DNA from: a virus
Length of the DNA stretch: 64,000 nucleotides
Reading direction: 5' to 3' (one strand)
Virus record (IMG/VR): IMGVR_UViG_3300028859_000017
Span: 1-64,000 of that record
In this document: in pieces, positions 29,131 through 38,953 of the stretch
How positions within the stretch are numbered: position 1 is the first letter of the stretch
Layout: the number at the start of each line of letters is the position of its first letter
Notes under the pieces: model-generated
Database searches by the model: none
What the model saw: the letters and a program-made list of their open reading frames with translations, nothing else
Told to the model about the DNA's origin: nothing
Position numbers and translations under genes: made by a program

Positions 29131-31833
29131 TTAAGAAGTTGAAGAAACAGTAGTAGTAGATGAGGTAAGACCAGTTTGTGGCATAACTTGGAAGGTCTCC
29201 ACAATTATTTCTGCTGCTAAAGTTGGAACAATACTAATTACCATTGCTAACTGGTTATTTGATAATACTAGGGCAGTATTAACATCTGGACCTACATCAA
29301 TAGTGTAAGACTGTATAGCTCCTGCTTTAAGTTTAGCACTTAGTAAGGTATCAGCAACTTGCTTTAGCTGATAGGCTGTAGTAGAATTACCTGGCTGGAA
29401 TTCAAAAGTAACTGAAGCAGTAGCAATGACTTTACGAAGATTAAGTAGCATTCGTCTAACATTTACTCTATCTAAAGCAGTACTTGCAGTTTGTAAGGTT
29501 GCTTGACCCTTAATATAAATGCCATAAGAAGGTTCATTAACAATAGGGTTAATACCAGCCAAAGCTAAGGCATCTCTATCCCCCTGAGAGAACTTTCTTT
29601 CTGTTGATAGGGCATCAGTTAACATACCACGATTAATACCTGCTGGAGCATAATATACATCAGCAACATTATCATTATATGCATACTGTCCTGCTACCAT
29701 TCCAGAAGGTGGAACATACACATTCTTACTATTAACAGAATCTGCTATCTTAATCCATGGATAATACATAGCAGCATAAGAGCTATTTATATTTGCTATA
29801 TTATTACGATAAGAAATTACTTCCTGTACAGTTAGTCCAAAAGGAGTATCTATAATAGCTATAGAGTCACCACGAGCAGCACAGATAGTTACCATAGCAG
29901 CAGAAACACCTGGATCAGCAGACCAACCTGGAGCAACTAATATATTTATATCAATTGTACCAGCATTATTAAAAGAGTATAATCCAGTGGAAACACCATC
30001 ACCTATAATATCATAAGAGGTTATGGCAGAACCCACAGAACCACCCAGTAAAAATCCAGTTAATGATTTATTATAACCACTAGTAGTTGATATATAATTT
30101 GTTCCACTTGTAATTCCAGAACTAGTTTCAGAAAGCAGGAAACCAGGAGTCCAAGTTAAATTATCGCCATTATTTGTTAATGTACCAGTAGTAATATTTA
30201 GAATATCAACTGTAGTATAATCTATTTTTAGAAGGGCTATTCTAGATGAAGAGGCCATCTGAGATTGAATATTCTCTATAGTACCATAGTAAGATTCCTT
30301 TAAAGTAAAATCAGAGAGTCTTACTGATGAAGTGGATATAGAGGAAGAAGCAGTTCTAGAATATATATTGACAGTGTAGTTTTGTTCACTAGTGCTGGTA
30401 ATATCCCCAGCAACCATACTTAAAGTAATTGAAGTATCTGAATCATCAGTTTCTCCTAGACTTGTAAACTTAATAACAGTTGGTACATAAGAACTACCTG
30501 AAGTCACCATACTCCAACTTGGTCTATAATAACCAACAGCAAAAGTTCCAGTAAGAATCTGGTCTGTAGAAACTATATGAGAACTAACTGCTAAGGTTTG
30601 TGTTGAGTATTTAAATACTCCAGAAAATCCTGCTACTAATGAAGCCAGTCTAAGTTGCAGAATGTTTCCATTAGCATCTAAGTTAGTAGTTACAGCACTA
30701 AATCCCTCAGAGTTACCTCCTGAAGTTATTGAGCCAATACCATATACTGTAGAGGAAGGTAGCAAAGTTCTGCAGTTATTATAGAATAATAAACTGTTAG
30801 GAGAACCAGAAGTGGGAGCTGTAGTAGAGTTAACTAAAGCCAGTAAAGCAGTTAATGTAGCATTAAGTATTGCGAGAGTATTTGCATTATTTCCAGAAAC
30901 TGTGGGATCAAAAATAGGAACTTCTATATTATAAGAAGTAACTGTGCCTGTTGAAGGAGTAACTGATAGTAGACTTTCTAAATCAGAATTACTAAAAGTG
31001 CCTGCCTGAACATGCTCTAGTAAAGTAGTTCCGCTAGCTGAAGTATATACTAAATTTATAGGAACACTAGTAGAGGTTAAACCTACAGTAATGAGACCAG
31101 TTCCTGTAGAAGGTGCTGTCCAAGTAGTAGGAACAGCTAAGGCAATAGTTCCACTAGGAAGAGCAGTAGCAGGAGAATTAGAAGATGCAAAGGCACTTAA
31201 TGAAAGTGATACCTGTGGGATAGAGCCAGATACTCCTACTCCAGTTATAGTTGGAGTAGTATTTTTTCCTGCACCTGTTAAAATAGTAAATGGAACACCT
31301 AGAACAGGAGAGTTAGCCCCCAAAGTAGCTAGGGTAGAAAAATCTGAACCTAACTTTCCATTAGCATGTGCTGTATTAGTAGTATCAGTTGGGTCGAAAT
31401 AAGGTATTGAAGTATCAGCAGGTAAGACTATAGTGCATCCAGGACCAGAAACTGTTGGTAAGTCAGCTAGATTAAAGGTAAGAGTAGAGCTAGTTTGTCC
31501 AGCTAATGTCCAAGTTCCAGTATATTGAGTATATCCTTGTGGTAAAAACATAGCTTCAGAAGCATAGGAAGCTGTGCTAGAGGCTACCCGAGTAACCCAT
31601 AACATAGTGCCCTGTTCTAAATAAGCCATGGCAGCATAACCCATATAATCCGATGGATCAACTTTACCAAAAGTGCTTACAAATTCAGCCTGAGTAGTTA
31701 TTAAGGTTGGGGAATTTGTTGGACCAGAGCTAGCAGTTCCAACCATACCCACAATAGTAGTTGATAAGTCTGATACATAGGCTGATAAATCTAATTCGAC
31801 AGTATATACACCAGGTGATACGTAAGTGCTCAT
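29131..31833 (-). CDS. gp18: Contractile tail sheath protein
   Basis: YVSPGVYTVELDLS...GPTNSPTLIT...YAAMYYPW...VPPSG...APAGINRG...DRVNVRRM; 900 aa with a large insertion. Confidence 0.95.
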   Translation of the reverse strand: MSTYVSPGVYTVELDLSAYVSDLSTTIVGMVGTASSGPTNSPTLITTQAEFVSTFGKVDPSDYMGYAAMAYLEQGTMLWVTRVASSTASYASEAMFLPQGYTQYTGTWTLAGQTSSTLTFNLADLPTVSGPGCTIVLPADTSIPYFDPTDTTNTAHANGKLGSDFSTLATLGANSPVLGVPFTILTGAGKNTTPTITGVGVSGSIPQVSLSLSAFASSNSPATALPSGTIALAVPTTWTAPSTGTGLITVGLTSTSVPINLVYTSASGTTLLEHVQAGTFSNSDLESLLSVTPSTGTVTSYNIEVPIFDPTVSGNNANTLAILNATLTALLALVNSTTAPTSGSPNSLLFYNNCRTLLPSSTVYGIGSITSGGNSEGFSAVTTNLDANGNILQLRLASLVAGFSGVFKYSTQTLAVSSHIVSTDQILTGTFAVGYYRPSWSMVTSGSSYVPTVIKFTSLGETDDSDTSITLSMVAGDITSTSEQNYTVNIYSRTASSSISTSSVRLSDFTLKESYYGTIENIQSQMASSSRIALLKIDYTTVDILNITTGTLTNNGDNLTWTPGFLLSETSSGITSGTNYISTTSGYNKSLTGFLLGGSVGSAITSYDIIGDGVSTGLYSFNNAGTIDINILVAPGWSADPGVSAAMVTICAARGDSIAIIDTPFGLTVQEVISYRNNIANINSSYAAMYYPWIKIADSVNSKNVYVPPSGMVAGQYAYNDNVADVYYAPAGINRGMLTDALSTERKFSQGDRDALALAGINPIVNEPSYGIYIKGQATLQTASTALDRVNVRRMLLNLRKVIATASVTFEFQPGNSTTAYQLKQVADTLLSAKLKAGAIQSYTIDVGPDVNTALVLSNNQLAMVISIVPTLAAEIIVETFQVMPQTGLTSSTTTVSSTS

Positions 31834-31969
31834 AGTTCTAACCTTTACAAAATATTACTAAATAAACCTCTGATAAACCACTAACTATAAATTAATTACA
31901 TATTATATTTCACAAGACTTTTTAAACTTTTTTATTGTATTGTGTTATTTTTTATTGACATATAAAAAT

Positions 31970-32001
31970 ATTGCTACAAACATATTATCATTTGTAGCAA
32001 T
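31970..32001 (-). terminator. Perfect 11-bp inverted repeat, probable terminator after the tube gene
   Basis: ATTGCTACAAA-N10-TTTGTAGCAAT then a T-run on the minus strand. Confidence 0.65.
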
Positions 32002-32085
32002 AGCTGTATTATTTATGTGGCATTTTTCTAAAGCTGTTAAAAACTCAAACTGTTTATCAGCCAAATTCACTATATAATTCTTTCA

Positions 32086-32577
32086 TTAAGAAGTAGTTAT
32101 AGTCACTTCATCTACAGCTAATACTAAAGTGATTTCCTGGTGACCATCTTTATCTTCCCAGCTTAAATCTTTCCTAGCAAAACTCTTAGGCCAAGCACCA
32201 ACCAATACCCAAGACTCAACTACTGAGTGGTCAGGACCATACATTAGTAAGGTTATATTTTTCTTATAAGCAGAAGGAAAGCCCATTAAAGAAGTAGAGA
32301 CATCAAAAATAGAAGTATGCCAAGTTTCAATAGAAGTAAGTGCTGAGCTATCTGTGAAGTCGTAGAACACGCAAGTCACATCACTATAGCTAATTTTGGA
32401 ACCAGCTACTTTATAGTAAGTATGCATTCTATGTATATCAGTCTCTTCTACTGATATTTGTGGTATTGTTACACTCTTACAGGTCAGTCTTAAATTATCG
32501 TCTAGTAATAACTCGTACCGGTTTAAGCGTTTAGGTTCTTGAGTGTTCGCCGTCCAGCCCATTAAACTTGAAGACAT
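32086..32577 (-). CDS. gp19: Tail tube protein
   Basis: EPKRLNRY...YKKNITLLMYGPD...WVLVGAWP...LSW; adjacent to sheath. Confidence 0.9.
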   Translation of the reverse strand: MSSSLMGWTANTQEPKRLNRYELLLDDNLRLTCKSVTIPQISVEETDIHRMHTYYKVAGSKISYSDVTCVFYDFTDSSALTSIETWHTSIFDVSTSLMGFPSAYKKNITLLMYGPDHSVVESWVLVGAWPKSFARKDLSWEDKDGHQEITLVLAVDEVTITTS

Positions 32578-32677
32578 TGTAGTTAACTCCTTAATAATAC
32601 GTATATCACTTTACTTATTAGTCTAACACATATAAATTAATTACTTCTTTTATCCTTATATTCTTTAATAAAATTTT

Positions 32678-32764
32678 CTAGCCAACTTTTTCAATTACTG
32701 TAAGCCTTCCAAAAATAAAGCCAATACTAACACAAGTATTTGTTGTAGCTAATCTATCTCCCAT
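32678..32764 (-). pseudogene. Truncated relic of an HNH/Hef-type endonuclease N-terminus
   Basis: MGDRLATTNTCVSIGFIFGRLTVIEKVG*; FGRLTVIE matches the YGKLTVV/FGKLTAI repeats of 34906..37144; AAGGA RBS. Confidence 0.55.
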
Positions 32765-32886
32765 TTTGTATTCCTTTTATTCTCCTCTAGTTTCTTTTTA
32801 TTTGGTATAATTCTTGTGTAGTGTTCTGGACTAAGTCTACCCTTTATATAGGTAAACAAGGGCTTATGTTTCTTTTTATACTTCAT
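32749..32886 (-). CDS. Small basic hypothetical protein (45 aa)
   Basis: MKYKKKHKPLFTYIKGRLSPEHYTRIIPNKKKLEENKRNTKWEID*; start overlaps the upstream stop. Confidence 0.4.
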   Translation of the reverse strand: MKYKKKHKPLFTYIKGRLSPEHYTRIIPNKKKLEENKRNTKWEID

Positions 32887-33145
32887 CAGGCTTTACTCCA
32901 ACTTTAGCAAATATTACATGAGCAATTTCCTTGATACTAGATACTGAATAGCCACCAATTGTAAGATAGAATAAATAATCAGTAAACTTACCAACATATG
33001 TAAAATTAGTAAATATTTTCCATGGATTTATTAATATCACAATATGTAGCAGAATCATAATAGCAAAAGCAGCTGTTGATATAAGTCTTCCAAAACTAGC
33101 AGACACATCATCTGAATAAACCTTACTTAGCCAATTTAAAAACAT
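32876..33145 (-). CDS. Two-transmembrane protein, holin candidate
   Basis: 89 aa with two hydrophobic helices and a charged C-terminus; GGAG RBS. Confidence 0.5.
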   Translation of the reverse strand: MFLNWLSKVYSDDVSASFGRLISTAAFAIMILLHIVILINPWKIFTNFTYVGKFTDYLFYLTIGGYSVSSIKEIAHVIFAKVGVKPDEV

Positions 33146-33154
33146 ATTTACTCC

Positions 33155-33661
33155 CTACATATATTTAATTATAATGCTATCTAATTGGCTATATAGATTC
33201 TCAAATGATGAATTATTATCTACTATATAATCATAATCAGTAAAGAAATCTAACTCTAATTCTGAAGAGTGGTTCATATTGGTTGCTCCCCTACTAATTC
33301 TTACATCCTCATTAGCTACTATTCTAATAACAATAAAACCTTCCTCTTTTAATTTAATAAGTTCATTGAGATATCTAGAGTCTGTGATAAATATAGAATT
33401 TGTATTACATTTCATTTTATCTATTAATTTAGATACCCAAATATCAGATTGCTGTTGTCTAGCCCAATCACCTAAAAATTGTAAAAACACTCTATTTTTT
33501 TCTTGTTTAAATCCTAAATTATCTTGAACCATATGTAAAATATCGTATATGGGCTCAGCAAATGAGAACAATTCGGCATTTTTAATATAATTATGTTTAA
33601 TATAAGTAGCAGAAACATCCTTACCGCTCCTCATATTTCCAGCAAAGGCTATTTTTATCAT
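33155..33661 (-). CDS. Deoxynucleoside monophosphate kinase
   Basis: P-loop GNMRSGKD, FAEPI, RVFLQFLG, ITDSRYLNE, HSSE. Confidence 0.85.
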   Translation of the reverse strand: MIKIAFAGNMRSGKDVSATYIKHNYIKNAELFSFAEPIYDILHMVQDNLGFKQEKNRVFLQFLGDWARQQQSDIWVSKLIDKMKCNTNSIFITDSRYLNELIKLKEEGFIVIRIVANEDVRISRGATNMNHSSELELDFFTDYDYIVDNNSSFENLYSQLDSIIIKYM

Positions 33662-34890
33662 ACTGTAATCTCCTCGATATATTGTTCTAAGTTCTTTTCT
33701 TCTGTGTATGGAATAATTATTAGTTTTATATTATTTTCCTTAGCATATTGAACTTTCTCTATATCACGTTGCCTAGCTTTTAAATATTGTTCTTCTGTTT
33801 TATGAAAGTAATTTGGATAGATATAATGCTGATAACCATGATATTCAAAGGCTATTTTATGGTCTTCATTATAGCCATCCCATTCATATCTTTTACTATC
33901 GTACAAAAACCTTGTTTTAGTCAGAGTAAAACCAAACTTAGATTCTAATAATTCCTTACATCTAAGTTCTGTCTTAAAGGAAGCACATTCAGGACACCAA
34001 GTATTACTATTTTTAATATGGCCCCAATTAGCTTCCCATTGATGTGTTTCTTTACATTCCCATAATAATTTATTACTATTATCTATATAAGTTGTGGATA
34101 ACAATTTTCCTTTTTTACTCTTAGCAAAATTTTGTAGCTCTATAATATCAGGTTTAGCCTTCCTAGCACAAATAGCACACCAGCTATTACTATTTTTAAT
34201 ACTGCCCCAATTGGCTTTCCACTCATGTCCTTTTTCACATTTCCATAACATCTTAGTAATATTATTTATATACTCAGTAGAGACTAACTTGCCACCTTTA
34301 TTTATGGCATATTCTTGTAATTCAGTTATATTAGGTTTAAGTGAGGAGCACCCAGGACACCAACTTTTTTTATTTTTAATATCTGTCCATTTAGCTTCCC
34401 ATTGATGCCCTTCCTCACATTCCCATAACATCTTAGTAATATTATTTATATACTCAGTAGAGACTAACTTGCCACCTTTATTTATGGCATATTCTTGTAA
34501 TTCAGTTATATTAGGTTTAACACTACCTGAACAGTAGGGACACCAACTTTTTTTATTTTTAATATCTGTCCATTTAGCTTCCCATTGATGCCCTTCCTCA
34601 CATTCCCATAACATTTTAGTCTTACTATTTATATATTTAATAGATACTAACTTGCCACTTCTGCTTCTAGCAAATTTTTGTAATTCAGTTATATTACATT
34701 TTTTAACCTTCCAAGCACAGTAAGGACACCAACTTCCTTGACGAACACTATTCCAGTTAGCTTCCCATTGATGCTTTTCTTTACATTCCCATGACATTTT
34801 TGTGAGAGCATTTATATACTCAGTAGATATTAACTTACCATCTTTATTAAGGGCAAATTCTTGACATACTTCTAAGTTACACTTTTTCAT
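33658..34890 (-). CDS. Zn-ribbon-repeat endonuclease (5 repeats plus Vsr/DUF559-like nuclease domain)
   Basis: Five ~60-aa W.C..GH.W.A.W..I....WCP.C repeats, then E...WDGY...AFEYHGYQH...RD..K...NIKLIIIPY. Confidence 0.8.
   Translation of the reverse strand: MKKCNLEVCQEFALNKDGKLISTEYINALTKMSWECKEKHQWEANWNSVRQGSWCPYCAWKVKKCNITELQKFARSRSGKLVSIKYINSKTKMLWECEEGHQWEAKWTDIKNKKSWCPYCSGSVKPNITELQEYAINKGGKLVSTEYINNITKMLWECEEGHQWEAKWTDIKNKKSWCPGCSSLKPNITELQEYAINKGGKLVSTEYINNITKMLWKCEKGHEWKANWGSIKNSNSWCAICARKAKPDIIELQNFAKSKKGKLLSTTYIDNSNKLLWECKETHQWEANWGHIKNSNTWCPECASFKTELRCKELLESKFGFTLTKTRFLYDSKRYEWDGYNEDHKIAFEYHGYQHYIYPNYFHKTEEQYLKARQRDIEKVQYAKENNIKLIIIPYTEEKNLEQYIEEITV
34243..34614. repeat. Exact internal direct repeats within the 5-repeat endonuclease
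   Basis: 34243-34340 is identical to 34423-34520; 34355-34431 is identical to 34538-34614. Confidence 0.85.
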
Positions 34891-34905
34891 ATCACAATAT
34901 TCCTA

Positions 34906-36069
34906 TTAGATATACTTAACATAAACCAGCTTTCCGCAGTCAAAGACGCGGAATTGAAAAAGCACATCTCTTGTATAATCGAGCTCAGTTTGTGTTGGAA
35001 GAATACCATGAAGATTACATTTTTTATTTGATTGCTTTCCTCTAACAATACATTTGCCTTCCTTAGCCGATTCCACAGAACACCAATAAGAATAATCGGA
35101 TTGTAAAGTAGCATATAATTCAAAGTTTAAAACATTATAAAGATTACCTTGACTTATTCTTCTATCTGCCCAAGAGACAACGGTGTTATATCCTTTAGAC
35201 TTTAAATCTTTTTCAGCAAAGGCCAAAACCTTACTTGAGCCACCTGGAATATTATAATTTGATTTTATAGCCAATCTATCTAATACAGTTGTGGTAGGCG
35301 AATTCCAGATACTTTGCGCACGGTGATGTCTTCCAAATGATACAACTTCAATTAAGACATTATTTACATCATATAGCCCATAAAAAAGATAAGATAAATT
35401 AGCAGGCCCTTGAATATGCTCTTCTTTTAAAAACTCATTTGCTTCTTGTTTAGTTATTGCTTTTACTGTACATTTTCTGGCAAATACTGTAATTTTATTT
35501 TGTTTAAGTGCTGAAGATAAGAAGTTAATCATCTTACTTCTTTTGGACTCCCATTCGTTTTCAAACACTGTAAGAACACGATTTCCGTCATTAACAAGTT
35601 CCTCCATATTTGAAATAATTACTTTCTTAGCCTCAGCATAAGTTTTACACTTTCCTGATGATACTAGAATTTCTTGATGAAACTTACTTAGCTCAACAAA
35701 GGTAATAGCAAGCTTACTATTTTCTTCAAGTAAGGCTGATAATCCAAACTTCATATTTTTGAGAGTAAATGTTAGATTTGGATATAGTTTAATAATATCA
35801 CTATAAAAAGTATCAGTAGCTGTTACTGGTATTACTGGAGCCACTTGAACTATTGCTGATTTGTTAAAGGTTTTTCTAATAACATCCCTATAGCAGCCAC
35901 ATGAAGTAGTATTTCCAGAAACTAATGAGCCTGTAGCAACTTCTGTAGTTTTTCCACACTCACAAAGACATTCCCATATAGCTTTACGTTGATATCTCTT
36001 ATCAGAAAGCTTAACAACAGTTAGCTTTCCATAAACATTACCAAGAAGAGATTTTGGTTTTCCAGACAT
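34906..36069 (-). CDS. Hef-like protein: Cys-rich DNA-binding repeat, degenerate nuclease and GNAT/Mom-like C-terminal domain
   Basis: YGKLTVV...CECG...SCGC; VFENEW; ARKC...FLKEEHIQG...PGGSSK...SWADRRISQGNLY...RVFDCGK. Confidence 0.75.
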   Translation of the reverse strand: MSGKPKSLLGNVYGKLTVVKLSDKRYQRKAIWECLCECGKTTEVATGSLVSGNTTSCGCYRDVIRKTFNKSAIVQVAPVIPVTATDTFYSDIIKLYPNLTFTLKNMKFGLSALLEENSKLAITFVELSKFHQEILVSSGKCKTYAEAKKVIISNMEELVNDGNRVLTVFENEWESKRSKMINFLSSALKQNKITVFARKCTVKAITKQEANEFLKEEHIQGPANLSYLFYGLYDVNNVLIEVVSFGRHHRAQSIWNSPTTTVLDRLAIKSNYNIPGGSSKVLAFAEKDLKSKGYNTVVSWADRRISQGNLYNVLNFELYATLQSDYSYWCSVESAKEGKCIVRGKQSNKKCNLHGILPTQTELDYTRDVLFQFRVFDCGKLVYVKYI

Positions 36070-36073
36070 TAGA

Positions 36074-37144
36074 TTAGTTCTCCATAAGTTCTGTTAAATA
36101 ATTTTGAATATTTGTATTAATCTCATCTATAACTAACAAGTCTATTGGATTAGTAGACTCTCTAAGTGAGGCTACCTTAGATAAATACTCAGCAAACTCC
36201 ATATCTACATCACCATTAAAGTTATTACAGTGGGCCTGTCCATGGTGTAGTTTACATAAAGTAATTAGATTAGTAGGTTCTGCTGCCAATGAAATATCCT
36301 CTGCTCTTTTAGTAATATGATGAACATACAAGTCTCCTCCTTGTTTATTACAGATAGCACATTTATAACCATCCGATTTCATAACTAATCTAGTAACAGG
36401 CCTTATAATACTTGAAATATGTTCTCTAATAGTTGACATTAAAATATCAGCAGGTTGTCCTTTTGATAGTCTATATTCCATAAAACGTTTCTGTGTTGCT
36501 TCCTTATTTAGACATCCACAAGATTTAACAGCACCACTTAATAAATTACAAATATTAACTTCAGTGATTATTCCACAGTCACATACACATTTCCAAAAGT
36601 ATCCTCCACCAGTTCTTCTATCCAAAGAACTAATAGCTGTTAATTTACCAAACTTTTGATTTGTAATATCTTTCTTATTTGAAATACCCTGAGCCTTAGC
36701 TTGATCCATATGAGCACAGCCACATGATTTGGTATTACCTCTCTTAACATCTGAAAGTGGCTTTTCTACTATATTACCACAGTCACATCTAAATTTCCAA
36801 ATAGTCACACCATTTTTCTTATTTTCTGTTGGCTCCAATGCCAAAAGTCTATTAAACTTTTGTCCAGTTATATCCTTAGTATTAACTATTTTTCGTTGTT
36901 CTGCTCCAAAGCAACCACAACTTACAGTTACTCCACTAGTCAAAGCACTTCCTATAACTGTAGAATAATTTCCGCAAGAACATTTACATAGCCAAAATAT
37001 AGTTCCAGTATTAGATTTTCCTGTATTTTCTATAGGATACAAAGCAACTAACTTTCCATAAACATTATTTGTTAGGTCTTTAGCTTTTTTTGTTAATGAA
37101 ATCCTGTTTAACAATGTGACATCATAATCTGATGGGTATACCAT
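36074..37144 (-). CDS. HNH homing endonuclease with three Cys-rich repeats
   Basis: Three DLT/DIT..(Y/F)..L...W...C.CG...SCGC units, then CAIC...VHHI...NLITLCKLHH. Confidence 0.85.
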   Translation of the reverse strand: MVYPSDYDVTLLNRISLTKKAKDLTNNVYGKLVALYPIENTGKSNTGTIFWLCKCSCGNYSTVIGSALTSGVTVSCGCFGAEQRKIVNTKDITGQKFNRLLALEPTENKKNGVTIWKFRCDCGNIVEKPLSDVKRGNTKSCGCAHMDQAKAQGISNKKDITNQKFGKLTAISSLDRRTGGGYFWKCVCDCGIITEVNICNLLSGAVKSCGCLNKEATQKRFMEYRLSKGQPADILMSTIREHISSIIRPVTRLVMKSDGYKCAICNKQGGDLYVHHITKRAEDISLAAEPTNLITLCKLHHGQAHCNNFNGDVDMEFAEYLSKVASLRESTNPIDLLVIDEINTNIQNYLTELMEN

Positions 37145-37163
37145 GTAGCACCTCCAACATATA

Positions 37164-37190
37164 TTATCGGCAATGGTGATATAAAGTGTA
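37164..37190 (-). promoter_or_regulatory. sigma28-like promoter
   Basis: TACA-N15-GCCGATAA upstream of the GGAGG RBS. Confidence 0.75.
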
Positions 37191-37244
37191 GGGAAAATAA
37201 AAAATTATTTGCTATGTCACATAAGGCCTAGCCACACAAAAAGA

Positions 37245-37263
37245 AGGCCCAATAAAGGGCCCT
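37245..37263 (-). terminator. Intrinsic terminator after the major capsid gene
   Basis: GC-rich stem GGCCC/GGGCC followed by TTCTTTTTG on the minus strand. Confidence 0.6.
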
Positions 37264-37294
37264 CATTTTGCTTATAGTTACTATAGGATTAAGG

Positions 37295-38899
37295 TTAAAC
37301 AACACCATAATCAGAGGCAGGAGTGGAACCAGATGTATAGAGGTTCTGAACCTGGAGAACACCTAAACCGTACGCGCCGTCGAGTAGAAGCTGATGGTCG
37401 TAACGTTGCTGTAAGCCGACAACAGTTGAGAAAATATCACCTGAGAGGACATCAATTGAAGGTGGGGTAAGATATGTCACGAAGGGAAAGTACGCATATG
37501 GAGCCTTGCCTAAATCTTTAGAAGTGAAGCCCATGAGAATCTTGTCTGACTGGGGAAACTGAGGAGCCTTAGCAACAGTGAAGTTGTTGATGCTACCAAA
37601 CTTCTCAGCATCAATACTGAAATCACCCTGAGCCTTATGACCAGTATCAGTAGCCATCTTAAATTCGGCAGTATTCTGAAGCAGTGTAAATACATGGGGA
37701 TGGGTAACAGCAAACATACCCTCACCACGAAGGAAGTCAATACTCATATCATTAGCAAGATAGTTCATCTTATGAACTAGTTCCTGGTTCTTCTGGAACA
37801 TAGTGCCCCGGAAAGAGTTTGCAGGATAAGAAGCATCATAAGTAGAAATCTTACCAGCATTGGCCATCATGTCAAGCATCATTTCTAGGTCAATTTCAAG
37901 TGCCATTGACTCAGTCATGCCACCAACTAGTTCCTTTAGAGCATCCATACGACCTTCAGTATAAGCTTCAAGGTCCTGAATAGCTTCTGCGGAAATCTGA
38001 GCAAAGTTCTTACGTGAACGAGTGCTAACCTGGATTAGACTCTGAACGAAACTAACTTCACCAAGAGCCTTATTACGTTCCTGATTATACTGATAGGTTA
38101 CTGAGAAAGTAGCTGTTCCAGTAATAGTAAGACCAACAGCAGTAGCGGCAGCAGCAGCAGTCTGATTGAAGGTAATAGAAGGAACACCAGAACCATTAGT
38201 AGTTACAGTGCCATTAACATTGTCAGGGGAAACTGCAGCCATAACACCAGCACTATTATCAATAGCCACTACTACGGAATTACGAGGAATAGCACTATCA
38301 TAAACTGCAATTGAAGCAGTGCCACTAATGTACGGAGTATAGGTGGGAGTATAACCAGATAAAGTAGAAGTTCCACCTACCTCAGTTACCTGCTGACCTG
38401 AGTAGTTGGCATCAATACCTGAAGTGGTATCTTCATACTGTGTTGCGCCTGAACCATAACGCTTGTAGGAAGCTGGGTTCATGTATTCCTGACCGGCAGT
38501 TGTAGCACCCTTAGTGGTATTACGAGAAAGTCGGAAGGTCTGAATTACCTGAGTAGGAACATCAAGCTGGCGAGTAGCAATAAACTTAGTAACAACAATC
38601 TGTGGGAATACACGAGTTATAATTGTTGGAAGCATTGCTTTGTTATAAGTTGCAACAGAGGCTGAGGTAGTTGCTTCAGTCAGTGGCTGATTCTTGGTGG
38701 CATACTGGAGTGATTTTACAGCATGAAGAAAAACAGTATTACGATATTCAGCATCTGGAATAGCAGTCTGTAGATTTTCATTAAAAGTCTTCCAGAAAGA
38801 AGACTTGCCAGCCTTCTTAGCTGCTTGTTCATCACGCTCAAGAATTGCTCGTACTCGTTGCTCACTTAGCATTTCTAAATTAACAGGGTTTGTAAACAT
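37295..38899 (-). CDS. gp23: Major capsid protein (T4 gp23-like)
   Basis: LTE|A processing site, PTIITRVFP, RSRKNFA..SAEAIQDLEAY...MALEIDLE, YAYFPFV; codon bias of a highly expressed gene; follows scaffold. Confidence 0.93.
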   Translation of the reverse strand: MFTNPVNLEMLSEQRVRAILERDEQAAKKAGKSSFWKTFNENLQTAIPDAEYRNTVFLHAVKSLQYATKNQPLTEATTSASVATYNKAMLPTIITRVFPQIVVTKFIATRQLDVPTQVIQTFRLSRNTTKGATTAGQEYMNPASYKRYGSGATQYEDTTSGIDANYSGQQVTEVGGTSTLSGYTPTYTPYISGTASIAVYDSAIPRNSVVVAIDNSAGVMAAVSPDNVNGTVTTNGSGVPSITFNQTAAAAATAVGLTITGTATFSVTYQYNQERNKALGEVSFVQSLIQVSTRSRKNFAQISAEAIQDLEAYTEGRMDALKELVGGMTESMALEIDLEMMLDMMANAGKISTYDASYPANSFRGTMFQKNQELVHKMNYLANDMSIDFLRGEGMFAVTHPHVFTLLQNTAEFKMATDTGHKAQGDFSIDAEKFGSINNFTVAKAPQFPQSDKILMGFTSKDLGKAPYAYFPFVTYLTPPSIDVLSGDIFSTVVGLQQRYDHQLLLDGAYGLGVLQVQNLYTSGSTPASDYGVV

Positions 38900-38953
38900 T
38901 CAATTATCTCCTGGATAAAATTAATTATAGTTTTGTTACACTTTAAGTAGGTA

